A stretch of 64,000 bases of DNA, from assembly GCF_009914755.1 (NCBI RefSeq), contig NC_060932.1; one strand, 5' to 3'. Under the pieces are notes generated by a model. The model was not told where the DNA came from, did no database searches, and was given only the letters and a program-made list of their open reading frames with translations. Positions 13,124 through 25,756 of the stretch are shown here, one piece after another. A program made the translations under genes and the position numbers. The number at the start of each line of letters is the position of its first letter. Position 1 is the stretch's first letter. This DNA is from the human T2T-CHM13v2.0 reference genome, Homo sapiens.

Positions 13124-16100
13124 TACATATTTATTGAGTGTGTATTATCTGTCAGTTCCCAGGAACAGTTTTTAACAATAAAAAAAGAATGAGACAGTTT
13201 CTGCCTCTCCAGGTGTAGAAATCAACTCTCATTTATTTATGCTTTTGAAAATGATTTGCTCAAGTTTCTGAAATCATTTCTTAATTTAACTCAAGAAGTT
13301 CATCTTTTAATTTATGAAGAACTGAGTACTCTGAGGCCATAAGCACAAGCCTGTGCATTTTATATATAATTGAGCAAAATTAAAATTTTATGTAACAAAC
13401 TTCTCTATTAATTTAGGATGGTTTAACCTTTGATGTATTATCCGTGCATTTTTTCTCAGGGTCCTTTGCCAGTGGCGAAGTCTCTGATATGAAATGTTTA
13501 AAGGAAAGTGGCAATGAGAAGCCCACGGTTAGTGAGGCGATTCTGTGAAAACACTGCGTGCCTACAGAAGAAAATAATCAAGTACAGCGCTCTTGGGGAA
13601 AACAGGCAAAACCTGAATCTTTACTCAGCTGTTAATCAATCTAGAAGGAAACATGATGGTCTTTTGGGGAAAAAAATGTTATCAGAGGGAGCAACTGCCT
13701 TTCAATGTTTCATTTTGTATGGAATATCTCCTAAATGCACATAGTTCTGCAAAATGTACAATATCAACGACTTCCGCACCTGGGCATTAGTTGCGTTGAT
13801 GCTGCTGATTGTATTAATAATTCGGGTGGCTGTAGGTGCATGCCTGTTGTCCTGCAGTGTTTATTAATCATTTCATTCTCACGTGGTCCCAGCTTGGGTG
13901 ACAAGTTGTATGGTTCCTAATTGTAGCAGGATCGTGGGATTTGGGGAAGAGCCAGATCTCAGGGACGCCTTTGTCTAGCTCCTCCATTTTCACCCCCTTT
14001 CATTTATTTAGTGCCTCGTGCGATGTCACAGAGCTAGTGAGTGCGGCTGGCGAGGACACATGCTTGGCCGTGGCAACCGCGTGGCACCAACCAGCGCCGA
14101 AGGGGCTGGGGGCTGAGTGCAGACCCCGAAGAAGGACTGGCTCCTCGGTGCTGATGGCTGTCCTTCTAAACCAGAGGGGAGTCCAAAAGCTTCAGTGCAG
14201 GAGGAAGGCAGTGAGTGTTAGCCCTGACCTGCGCTGAGCCCTGAGAAGAAAGCTTCCTTCGCCCGCGTCCTCCCGCTGGCTGAGTCAGCCAGGACCCTGC
14301 TGTGCGAGGTCCATATGGGGCAGGTGCAGCTGCCAACACGGCCAAACTGAAGGTTCGCTCGCACCAGGACCAGTCGTGGGTGAACTCTTTGCACGCTCTT
14401 GACGTCAGGTAGCACAGAATCTGGCCTCCTGGGGAAACTGGGGAAACTGGGAAACTGGGGAAACTGGTGGTGTTTGCAGCCTTGCCCTATCTGAGCTCCC
14501 AGCTATGGGCAGATACTGTCTCTTTCCAGTCCCAGGATCCTCCTATTCCAGTCCATGTTTACCCAGGAACGAGGCCTCCAGGACACAACGGTGAAGAGAA
14601 ATAGTAATGACGGGACAGTGGATTCTTGTGACCATTTCTGACTTCTATGTGTTTAAAACGCTTTTGACCTGAGAAACTGGTTTTTGATGTGTCCCCACCA
14701 GCCTCACACTGAGCCTGACTGGCAGTGCAGAAGTTGGGAGTATCAGCTACCTGAGGAGGGGTCTGGCTCGGTCACATGCAGAACTGGACTCTGGCCCTAC
14801 CTGGGCCTCCACCTGGGCCTCCATCTGGGCTCTGGCCCCACCTGGGCCTGCACCTGGGTTTCTGCATCCCCTTCCTCTCCTGGAGGCAACATCACAAAGC
14901 CTAGACATCAAGATATTTGAATTTTAGTCCAAACCCTTTAAACGCTCTGCAACGTGACCCCTGCTTTTTGTTTTTGGTTTTTAAACCTGTCTGGGCCTGA
15001 TTTCCACATTTGCAGGGTGAAGTGAGCGGTTGGGGGTGATGATTTCCTCTGCTCTGCCCAGGTCTGGGATGTCTCTGGGGCTGGCATCCACCTTATCTTG
15101 GTCTCTGCCCTCCCAGCTCGCTCTGGAGCCCTGGAGCACGCGATTCACCTCCTGCTCCTCACAAGACTGGGTGGCCCCTGACAGTGAATGGCTCTTACGC
15201 CTGACATCTATGTTTGTTTTATTACAAGCGCTCTTCTTCTGAACACACGGCTTGATTGCATTGTTTGAGATTGCTAAGCCTTCAAGCACTTTCAGAACGG
15301 AATCCTCCCTGGGGACAGCTCGGTGCCCTCTGGGTCCCGTTTCCTGGATCCTGTTCTGAGCCGGGCAGCTGGTAGCCCTGTTCGTGTGCGTTAAGGCTCG
15401 GTTCCCCAGCACAATCATTCAGGATTGAAACGATAGCATAATGGAACTTAGAGAGGATCATCTAATCCCACGCTCACCTTACAGATGAGGAAGCCAGGGG
15501 TCGCGGGTAGGTGAAGAGATTTTCCATGGGGCACGAAACTTCAACAACAGATTAGCAAACAGAAAACTAGGCCCAGCGCCAGTGCCCTTGACAACGGGCT
15601 CAGGGCAATTTGGCGAGACGGAGCTGGCCCAGCCTTGGTGTGATTACAGAATGCCATTTGGAGATAAACTCCCCAATAGCTGGAGGCCACATGCCACCGC
15701 CTCTGAAGATAGAAACCCATCAACAGTCGCTACAGGACGAAAGCCATGCCTTCCCACTGAAAGAAAATGTATTTATTGAGCTTCTACCACATGCATGGCA
15801 CTGTTTCAGTCAGAGGGAAGGTGCAAATCTAGACCAGTCGTCATCGAGGCACAAACTTTTGGTCACCTGGGCCGGGTACTTCAGGAGAAAGGCCTCCTGT
15901 CTTACAGTGCTAACTCAGCAGACCGGCAGTTTTCACAGCTTTAGAACACAGCCAGGAGGATTGCATTAAGAATGACATTATAACCCTGAATTTTATCAAG
16001 ATTTAGGAAATTGTGGTTACCTAGACACATGATAAATGACCGAAGTCTCATACTTTCCTCTCCTTGTGTGCATTAGGTCTTTGTGGACTCAGTGGGAACT

Positions 16101-16859
16101 GAGAACAATTCCATCCGTACGACGTCCAGATGAACCTTGCTGGTCGGAGAGGAAACTTCTGACCACCCCGAGCTGAGCTTTGTGTTCCTCAGGCCCCGGT
16201 GTGTAGTCATGGCATGCCCTATGCCCCCGTGGATGGATACCAGGGGTGTCATGCAAGCAGGTGCTCGTATGTTATCTGCCAGGCACGTAGCCATGGCCTG
16301 CTGCCAGGTCTCCTAGGATATGTTTTGATTAACAAAATATGGAAAACTTTGCGCCATATTATAGAGATGCTGAGTAATGCCCAACCTCCAAGCAATCTAA
16401 TTGCCTTACTGTTTGGGAAGAATATCGGTTTTATCACCACTAAATGTCTTGTTGCGATTACAGGAGGCAAGTTAGCTAGTTTATTTGGTTGGTTTGTTTA
16501 GTAAGCAAGTATTTTTAGTGTATTTTGTGTGCTGGGCTTTGAGTGAAGTCCTGGGACCTCCCTGGTCAGAGGAACCCCCAGTGCTCATGGTCCAGTGGGT
16601 GACACAGGCTGGCCAGACATCCCTGCCGTGAACCACACTGCAGACATAAAGGAGGGCTTTGCAGGAAAGAAACCCAGCTCTTAGTGAATCTGCCACAGGG
16701 GAGCCTTACCTTGACTGGGGTCAGAAAAGGCATCAGAAATATCGGGGCTTCTGCTGAAGTTTGTACAGGGAGCAGGACCGTGGAATCCGAAGGATGGGAA
16801 AGAGCCTGTGCATGGCAGGGGGCTGGTGGAGCAAGGAGCTTAGCTCCACTGACATGCAG

Positions 16860-18010
16860 AGCGTCGTGAAGACTGGAGTGGGGGCCAGGCCACACAGGGC
16901 TTCACATGGTACGTCTGCTGCTTGTTAAAACACGAGTGGCTTTCAGGGGTGTTTGGGTGATGTGCTCTGATCTGCACTCTGAGACATTCTTTTGGGCCTT
17001 AGCCTGGGGGATAAGCATGGGTGTGGGGAGCACAGGACCTCAGCCTTAGCCTAAGGATGAGTGTGGTATGGGGGTGCAGGGCCTCAGCCTTATCCTGGGG
17101 GATAAGTGGGAGTGGGGGGACTGCAGGCTGTCACAGGACCTGAACGAGACACTGTCAAGTGTGGACGAGTTGGGTGGCAGTGGAGGCTGAGCAAGGTGCA
17201 TAGTTGTGAGGGGTATTTAGGAGGGAAAATTTTAAAGCTGTGTGGGCCTCAGGGAGGTATCAAAGGTTTCTGGCATGAGCTATTCATGGGTATAAAATAC
17301 TGGACAAAGAGATCAGGTGGGCTCCTGAGTTTAGTCTTTGACCTGTTGAGTTTAAGTTTCCATTTTATCATTCAAAAGGAGTTGTGAAGGACAGCTCAAC
17401 GTGAGTGCAGCCTCCCTCTGGAAGCCATCAGGGAGGTGAGAGTAATTAAAGCCATTCCTACACAGCATGTGTTTGGGTCGCCTAGGAAGGAGCAGGGGAT
17501 TAGACAGGAAGAGTGATTTGAGAAGTGCGTGGGAACAACTTCCATACTTCATGGTGGGCTGAAGGAGACAGAGCCAGCCGAGGGTGGAAGAAGAAAACAG
17601 GCAGAGGAAGAAAACAGGAGGAGTGTGGCACGGCGGAGGCTGAGGGAACCGTGCTTCAGGAAGGGGTGCGGGTCAAGTGGACCAACTAGCGGGGAGAGGT
17701 CAGGTAACCTGAGAGCTGATAATGTCCTGTGGATTTGGTGACACAGAGGTCACTGGTGGCTTAGAGCTATTTTGGTTAGTGATGTGATATGAGTGGAAGG
17801 GAGGTTGGAATAGGGTTAGTGGAAAGTGAAGAAATGGAAAAAATGTGACTATACACAACTCTTTCAAGAACACTGTCTGTGAAAGAGAGAGCAGCAGCTG
17901 GAGGAGGAAGTGGGTCTGAGAAAGGATTTTTATTGTTTGTTGTTTTTAAGTTTAGAAGAGACCTGAAAAATGTTCCAATAATGATGGGAAAGGACCCAGT
18001 TGAGCAACAG
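16860..18010 (-). mobile_element. L2 LINE relic (contains ~45-bp x3 local repeat at 16995-17128)
   Basis: L2-like segments such as tttgacctgttgagtttaag, ggatttggtgacacagaggtcactggtgg and acaactctttcaagaa. Confidence 0.55.
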
Positions 18011-18219
18011 AGCTGCAGTCGTGGGGGACATAGGTGTTAGGGACTGACCGTATCCCCATCCTAAGCACCATGAAGGAGAGGGATCCACAGCTCAGGGATG
18101 TCGGCCTCAGGGAGAGAAGGTAGTTGGGGTAATGGGAAGTTGATGGAGCTCGTATGTTTGGCTTTAGTTGACTTTGTGGATTAGGAGAGGAAGTTATTTG
18201 CATAAAGTAACAGTGAGTG

Positions 18220-19750
18220 ATTTTTGATTGAAACCTAGACATTTTGGGTATTATGTTAAGAGACTCTGGGTCTTATATATATTATATTTTAATGGGCACC
18301 ATACTGGCATAGGAAAGAGGTGCTGTCTTATTACTGCAGAAGCATGATCAGGTGGGCTAGAAGTCCAGATTCCCTGATCAGAGGTGTGTGTGTGGCAGGG
18401 ACACCTTCTTTCTGCTTCTAAGTGTCCACTGATACCACCCGGGCTGCGTTGCTTTCGTTTTTGAAAGAACCTTTTTTTTTTTCTTTTTTTTTTTTTTGCT
18501 GGGTATAGGATTCTAGGTTGACGGTCTTTTCTTTGAGCGCTTAAAAATACTGTGTCACTGTCTTCCTGTTTGCATCATTTCTGATGAGAAGTCTGATGTC
18601 ATTCTTATCTTTGCTTCTCTATACATACACTCTGTTTCTTTTTCTTGCCCTGTCTTAAGGTTTCCTTTAATCGCTGGCTTTAAGCAATTTGATTATGATG
18701 TGACTTGGTGTAGTTTTGTTTATGTTTCTCGAGCTTGATGTTTGTTGAGCCTCTTGTGCCTGCACAGTCATAGTTTTCAGAAAATTTAGAAAAAATGTGG
18801 ACATTATTTTTTCAACTATTTTCTTTTGTCTGACTTCTTTCTTTGGGGACACTACATGTATATTTGTCTGCTTCATGTTTTCCTCAATGCTCTTTTCATT
18901 CATTCGGTGTTTTTTTTTCTCTTACTATTTTATTTTTTATTTATTTTCATTAGTTGATAAAATAAAATATTAAGAGAAAAAACACTGAATGAATAAAAAA
19001 TAAAAACATTTTTATTTTCTATTTTTAAGTTCAAGGGTTATCTTGGATATCTTCAGTCTTTTCTTCTGCAATAACATGCTATCGATCCCACCAGTGCATT
19101 AAAAAATTCTCAGGTATTATATTTCTCATCTCAAAAAGTTTGATTTGGATCTTTTTAATATCTTCTGTGTCTTTATTTAGTATGTTCAATCTATTCTATG
19201 TCTTTTTGAGGGCATGGGACATAGTTATAACTGTTTTAATGTCTTTGTTTACCAAATTTATGGGCATGTTACTATTAATTTTCTCATTATATGTTGCATT
19301 TTTCTGGTATGTTTAATTGAATGTCAGATATTGTGAAGTTTAACTTCTTGGTTGCTGGATATTTTTGTATTCCAGAAATATTTTTGAGCTTTACTCTGTA
19401 ATACAGTGAAGGGTTTTTTTTTTTTTCCAACAGTTTGATTATTTCAAAGCTTGCTTTTAAATGTTTTAGTTGACATGACATCAGCCTTGAACACAGGGCT
19501 GGTTTTGATCCACTACTGAGTCCATGCCCTTTTGAGTATTTTTCAGATATTCCATGAATTTTGAGGTTTTCCTTTCCAGACACTGTGTGCGCTGGGATTA
19601 TTCCACGCGAGGGAATGTGATCCACAGCATGGGGGTCATATTGGCCTTAGGGAGAAAGGAGAGACAGGAAGTTTTATGAAAACTGTCAAGTTCTTAACTT
19701 CATTCGTTGTATTTTTTTTCAGTTCTAGAATTTCTATTTGTGTTTTAATG
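18220..19750 (-). mobile_element. Ancient L1M relic (ORF1/5' region)
   Basis: ORF 18667..18903 reads QAQEAQQTSSSRNINKTTPSHIIIKLLK, similar to L1 ORF1p; T-rich plus strand. Confidence 0.7.
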
Positions 19751-19759
19751 TTTTCAGAA

Positions 19760-20085
19760 ACACATTCTAGGAGAACATCTGGATGACTTTCTGTATGGCA
19801 ATGACTTTTTAGATATAACACGAAAGGCACAATTGATGAAATAAGTAATTGATAAGCCAGACATCAATAAAATTAAATATATCTGCTCTACAAAAGACAA
19901 GATCAGGAGAATGGGAAGGCAAGCCACAGACTGGAAGAAAATACTTGCAAATATACATCTAATAAAGTACGGCTGCCCGCAGAACTCTTAAATCTCAACA
20001 ATGAGAAAAGAAACAACCCAATGAAAAAAATGGGCAAAAGGCCTGGACAGACAACTCACCAAAGAATACACACCATTGGCAAATG
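19760..20085 (+). mobile_element. L1M ORF2 3' fragment in the opposite orientation
   Basis: aggcaagccacagactggaagaaaatacttgcaaa...aacaacccaatgaaaaaaatgggcaaaag is typical of L1 ORF2. Confidence 0.7.
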
Positions 20086-20544
20086 GAGAGTCTCCCTCGT
20101 TTAACATGGCCCCACCTTTCTTGGGGGTCCTAAACCCCAACTCAAGAGCACCAGAAACCCACCAGCAGCTCTTCTTTGCTTTCTCACTACTTTTTGCCTT
20201 CTGCTCATGGAGTGCTTTGAGGTGAAACCTGGTGCTGAGATGTGGGCTCTGATCTTTGAGCCTCCCCTCTCTTCAGGATCTTGGCCTTTCAAATCCTGGA
20301 TGCACTGTCAGGCCCAGACTCCAATTCTTATCTCTCCAGCTTCACAGTATTGCAGGAAGCTCTGCTGTTTCCCCCTGCTTCTCAACAGCGGCACTCTTTC
20401 CTCTTCCTTACCTTCAACCCAGCCACAAATCGGCAAGAGCCCAGAGATAGAAAGTGATGTGCAGAGAGAGTGCCCACTTCAGGAAGCACAATTCTCACTA
20501 GGACTGGGCCTCGAACCACTGGCTGCTCTCACAGCTCTCTTGTG

Positions 20545-20830
20545 TATCATCTGTCTGTCTGTGTATCCTGTCTATCTATCTATCACCTATTGATCTATTT
20601 CCATCACTGATCTATGTCTATCTTTCATCTCTATCATCACTCTATCACTTTATCATATATTATCTATTTACCTATCATCTATCTTTCTATCACTCTATCA
20701 TCTATCTATTATCTATCATGTAACTCATATACCATCAATCTCTTTATCAATCAATCTATCTAACCTATCATCATCATCATCTGTCTGTCTATTCATCTGC
20801 CCATCAGCTTATATGTCCATTCACCTATCT
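20545..20830. repeat. Degenerate (TCTA/ATCA)n simple repeat; second (TATC)n tract at ~21100-21170
   Basis: Direct observation. Confidence 0.85.
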
Positions 20831-21998
20831 GTTTTTCTCTCTTTCTTTCATTACTCTTTCGCCATCTCTCACTCTCTGTATTTTATCTGGATTGTTACTT
20901 GTTCTGGGTAAGAATGTCGTCCTACTAGAAGCAACTTTATCACACATAAAAGTGAAAGTCTACTTCAGACATCTCATGTCTTATATATTACCCACTACAT
21001 AGAGTTATAGTATTAAGACTTGCTGGTACTCTGAGACATAGTAAATGCTTGGTAAATATTAATTTAAATGTATTTAAAAGTATATATATTTTAAAGTGTC
21101 TATATCTATATCTATCTATATCAATATCTATCTATCTTTCTATCTATCTATCTATCTATCTACCATATATATTTTTGAGCTGAGGTAAAGAATTACTAAA
21201 TATAGCCTAGCTTTGTCAATTCTGTATATTTCTGTTTAGTTCTGAGCCACTATTAACTATTATACTTAACAATAGTAAGTTCTTCATGTCTCTTGAATCC
21301 ATTCATTGGGCAGTTAGTTCAGAACTCCTTTATTAAGCACAGAGAATGTGCTAAGTTTGGAGAGAAGAAGCCCACACTTTGGTGGCTGCTGTGGCAAGAG
21401 TGTCTGGGGAAGAGTAAGATGGTGTAGTTGGGGAAATCTTTACTCAGAAATTGATGTGTAGTTACAATAATATTGGCCTCAAAAGAGATAGCAGGTAAAC
21501 TTACTAAGGACTATAAAATAAAGTCAAAATTTTGCAGAAAAGAAAAAAAAAGCAAAGGAAACCTAAGCATTTATTTTCCTACTTTCCTGGAAAATGATTC
21601 AGAAATGCTGGAAACATTGGGAATTTGTGCGATTCATGTCGCTAAAGGGTTCCTCATTACTGAGCTGCTGCTTTCTGTGGACACGTGTTTAACTGACTTA
21701 ATGAAATGTTAGAAGGAAGGCGCTTCCTCTGAATGTCAGCGACCTATTTCATCAATTAGTGGATTAAGCATGGCCTCAAAGAGACATGTATTGAACTTCT
21801 TGGAAATTAAGAAGGTGACAATTGTATTTCTCTAAACAAGGTTACTCTCACAATCAACATTTTCAGAAGGTTCACATTTAAACATTACAGTTAATTCATC
21901 TAAGTGGATGTGATTTTCTTGAGGTTTAAATTCTAAATACAGAACTGCACAACCATAAATAGGAACAAAGACATTCTAAAGGCAGAAAAAAGGAAGAA

Positions 21999-22322
21999 GG
22001 TTGGGTATGGTGGCTCACGCTTGTAATCCCAGCACTTTGGGAGACCGAGATGGGTGGGTCACTTGAGGACAGGAGTTCGAGACCAGCCTGTTCACCAATA
22101 TGGTGAAACCTTGTCTCTACTAAAAATACCAAAAAAATATATATATATATATATATCCGGGCCTGGTGGCACACACTTGTAATACCAGCTACTTGGGAGG
22201 CTGAGGTGGGAGGCTCACTTGAACCCAAGAGTCGGAGGTTACCACTGCACTCCAGCCTGGGCGACAGAGCCAGACGCCATCTCAATCAATCAGTCATCAG
22301 TCAATAAAAATAAAGAAAAAAA
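21999..22322 (+). mobile_element. Alu with (AT)n in the linker and a right-arm internal deletion
   Basis: Alu sequence; ggaggtt joins accactgcac directly (gcagtgagccgagatc segment missing); tail caatcaatcag...aaaa. Confidence 0.9.
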
Positions 22323-22840
22323 CTCTTTTCTTTAAAGTGGGGCTGTTTTCTGAGATTCAGGTTTTCAGGATTTGGGAATGAGAGGCAGTGCTGATGGGGG
22401 CTGATGCCCTCAAGGGAGTTTTCTGCCTCCAGATTTTCCAGTCTCCCTTCTGTGGCCTGTGCACACGTGCTCTGTGGGGACCAGACGCCTTTGTTGTTGG
22501 CCTCATCACCCCCTGGTTTGGGAGAGCACGGAGGGTGACCCCCTGCCCCTCCCTGTGCTGTGGCTGCAACTGCGAAGCCTCTTTCTGGTGAGCTGTCATC
22601 CTTTGAATCATAAAACTGAATATTTGGCCTGTTGGATGGATAATTTCTAAAATACATGGGATGGATAATTTCTAAAATACATGGATAATTTCTAAAATAA
22701 TTTCTAAAAAACAGAAAATTTGTTTTCTGAGACGGAATGCATGGAAGTGAACAAAATATCTTAAGAATAATTTTATTTCTTTCAAATATCCAAACTGATT
22801 TTCCTGAATCGAATGTCAGTTTTGGCTCTGTGCAATATAA

Positions 22841-23161
22841 CAGGGGTCCTGAACCCCAGCCTCGGGGTCCGTGGCCGGTGAGGAGCTGGGCCGCATGGCA
22901 CGGTGAATGGCGGCCACTGAGTATTCTCGCCGGAGCTCCAGCTCCTCTCAGAGCCGCGGCCTTAGATTCTCACAGGAATACAAACCCTACTGTGACCTGC
23001 ACACGCGAGGGATCTAGGCTGGACGCTCCTTATGAGAATCTTATGCCTGATGATCCGAGGTGGAGCAGTTTCATCCCAAAACTATCCCCCTCTCCACCGT
23101 TCTTGGAAAAATTGTCTTCCACGAAACCGGTCCTTGTTGCCAAAACAGTTGGGGATTGTTG
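22841..23161 (+). mobile_element. MER1B hAT-Charlie element
   Basis: CAGGGGTCC start; ttagattctcacagga...gagggatctagg...aaaattgtcttccacgaaaccggtcc...gttgggga end. Confidence 0.85.
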
Positions 23162-24089
23162 CTGTATAGAACATAACTTCACCCATGAATGGTCTGGCCC
23201 GGTGTTCCACAGGATTGAAGGCACGTGGTTTTAGAATGTCACTCTTTGCATTTCGATCTTCTTTTCTATGTTGTGGGAAATCCTCAGTGAGGCCAACTGT
23301 TTTCCATTCACAGGCTGCCAATTTGAGCTGTGGAAATGAGATTGCTGGACTCTTCCTTTGTCTTAGTCAGGATTCTCTTGATGGCCGATGATAGAAAGTC
23401 AGCCCAAGGAACTCTGGCAAGAAGGAGCCTGTCTGCCCCAGAGCTGGTGTGTCTGGTGGAGAATGCGGGGCCCATGCCTGGTCCCACCGCCTCCCTCCGT
23501 CTTTTGTCCCTTCTTGGCTCCAGGCTTCCTGCAGGTGCACCTCACCCAGGGAGTTTTGGAAGCTACATCCCGGGTGGGCAGGGGCAGGCATGGCTCAGGG
23601 AGATGGGGGTCTACGAGGAGGGTGGGGAGGGGTCTCCTGTCCCCAGCAGAAGGCGAAGCTCTGTCCCCATCAGGAGCCTATCTGTGTCCCGGGTCACACT
23701 CTGCTCTCTGGGTGGTGTGGCTGAAAGATCCAGGCTTTCTTAGACGCAGCACTGGATTTCTATATCACAGAAGGAGGGCACAGCCACCGTGAAATGTCAG
23801 AAAAGGAGGAGGAGTGTGCTGGCCCTTCCTTCTCTCAGGAGAGGCCCCTCCCCGGGATGAGATTGTCCCCTCCTGAGATGCTAGGACTGGGACCCAGGCG
23901 ACTGAGATGCCAGGACTGGGACTCAGAGGACTGAGATGCCACCTGAGGGGACGAGGCACCATCACTGCCCCTCCAGTGTCGGCCACACTCAGAGGCAGGG
24001 GGGCAGAAGGGCTGAAGGGAAGTCCCCCAGGTCCCTGAGAAATGGATTCGCTAGAGAAGGAGATGCTGATAAACCGGAAGTAAACATTG

Positions 24090-24443
24090 CTTGCTCTGGT
24101 CTTGCTGTTTGCAACCCCCCCAAAATATGTGGGTTAAAACCCTAACCCCCAAAACGATGGTGTGAGGAGGTGGGGCCTTAGGGAAGTGACAAGGTCATGG
24201 AGGTGGAACCTCCCGAGTGGGATCAGTATCCTCATACAGAGGCCCCAAGAGCGGCCTGGCCCCTTGACTTGGTGAGGACTCAGGGACCGCGCCGTCCCAG
24301 AACCAGAAGGCTCTCCCCAGGCAGTGTCTGCTGGTACCTGGATCTTGGACTTCCAGTCCCCAGAACTGTGGGAAAGAAGCTCCTGTGTTTTATGAGCTAC
24401 ACGGTCTATGGTGTTTTGCTAAAGCAGCCTGAATAGACTAAGA
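24090..24443 (+). mobile_element. MLT1A/MST-type MaLR solo LTR, ~1.2 kb upstream of the MYOM2 TSS
   Basis: gaggtggggcct...gatcttggacttccag...cagaactgtg...tatggtgttttgctaaagcagcctgaatagactaaga. Confidence 0.75.
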
Positions 24444-24769
24444 AATCACTCAACAAACACTAATTAAATTAAATGCTAGGCCATCAGAATACGAAGGGGA
24501 AGAAGACAGAAACACTCGCCTCCTGATCCAGCATCCAGAACGCTCTGGGGCCCAGCAAGAGGCTGTGCTCGCGTCTTTCTCGTATCTGATCTTCGCCTCC
24601 ATCCACCTGCTCGCTGGTCCTTGGCTGTGCCTCTGATACCCCAGTGTGAGAACGTGGAGTTTCTTAAGGCAATTCTCATATCATATTTTCTCTACTTGTC
24701 ACAACAAACTTACAGGAAAGTTGTTATTCCATGCGTTTTAGAGCTGGGGAGCATAGCCCCCGTGGGCTG

Positions 24770-25065
24770 AGCAGCTGGCCGAAGTCCTCAGCCCCTGTGG
24801 TGAGGTGCAGCTGGAGTGTGATTCTCCGGGTCCTCAGATGGGGGCATCCCCTTGAGGCCCCGCCTCTTGGCCAGGCTGCAGCCCAGGACCGTGCCAGGTG
24901 TGTGTTATCTATATTTGGACACACGCTGTGCGAAACGACGGGCACCCTGCAATTATCCGTGTGGTGTAGACGCAGTGTACGTCTGTGGTAATGGCTATAA
25001 ATAAGCCCCGACTTGCCGACTAGGCACCGCTCCTCTTTTGGGTAGGCAGTTCTTGCTAAAATAGC
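24770..25065. promoter_or_regulatory. Muscle-type upstream element cluster (MEF2, E-boxes, CArG-like)
   Basis: CTATAAATAA at 24995-25004 (MEF2 consensus); CTAAAATAG at 25056-64 (one W short); CAGCTG at 24772 and 24808; CAGGTG at 24895; CArG-like CTATATTTGG near 24909. Confidence 0.55.
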
Positions 25066-25600
25066 CCTAAGATACAATCGAGTGAAGACCTGAGTCGTTC
25101 TTGAAATAAAAAAAAAAAACGAACAAACACACGAACATGCACACACACGCTCACAAACCCAGGGGCTTGTGCACCTCCCTCCCTCCACAGCCGACCTCAA
25201 CTCGGGTGTCCAGGCCTGCGAATGGCACAAATGCTCACTGAAATCCATGTCATTATTAAAGACTCATTCAGGAGTTGCAATTTATGAGCCAGGGAACCTG
25301 TAGCTCGAAAGGATTGAAGATATGTCTGAGAATTCACACGTAAGGATTAGAACTCATGGAGGAGAGTTGCGGGGAGGGAGCGTGGGAAGTCAGTGCCCTG
25401 CCCTCTCTTTCTGGGTCGGGGGCTGAAGTGTCACACCCGGTTTCCTGGGAAAAGTGCAGTTTGGGACTCAGAAAGGACACGTTCCAGTTTTGAATCGTGA
25501 TTTCCCCCGCCCTCAGTTTGAACAAGAAGCTTTTCCTCCTGAGGTCAGGCTGGTGATTTACGATGTGGGTATTGATGTGGGGAGAGGCAGGCCCAGGCGT

Positions 25601-25610
25601 CTATATATAG
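25601..25610 (+). promoter_or_regulatory. TATA box overlapping a palindromic MEF2 consensus (CTATATATAG)
   Basis: Fits YTA(W)4TAR and sits at TATA distance from the inferred exon 1 start. Confidence 0.75.
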
Positions 25611-25633
25611 CAGCTCCTCAGACCTTAAACGGG

Positions 25634-25756
25634 AGGGAGGCACAGGCGCTTGCTTTGCAGGAGTCAGCTCTGCCTTCCTCGGCTGGAGTGTGGGTGGCTT
25701 GGTGAGCCGGTGGTCAGGAATTCTCTCTCCTCCTTGCAATTTTCCTTTCTGTCTGG
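25634..25756 (+). other. MYOM2: MYOM2 exon 1 (non-coding 5'UTR)
   Basis: Follows TATA-like CTATATATAG (25601-25610), contains no ATG, and ends at a strong donor TGG|GTAAGT (25757). TSS is approximate. Confidence 0.85.
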
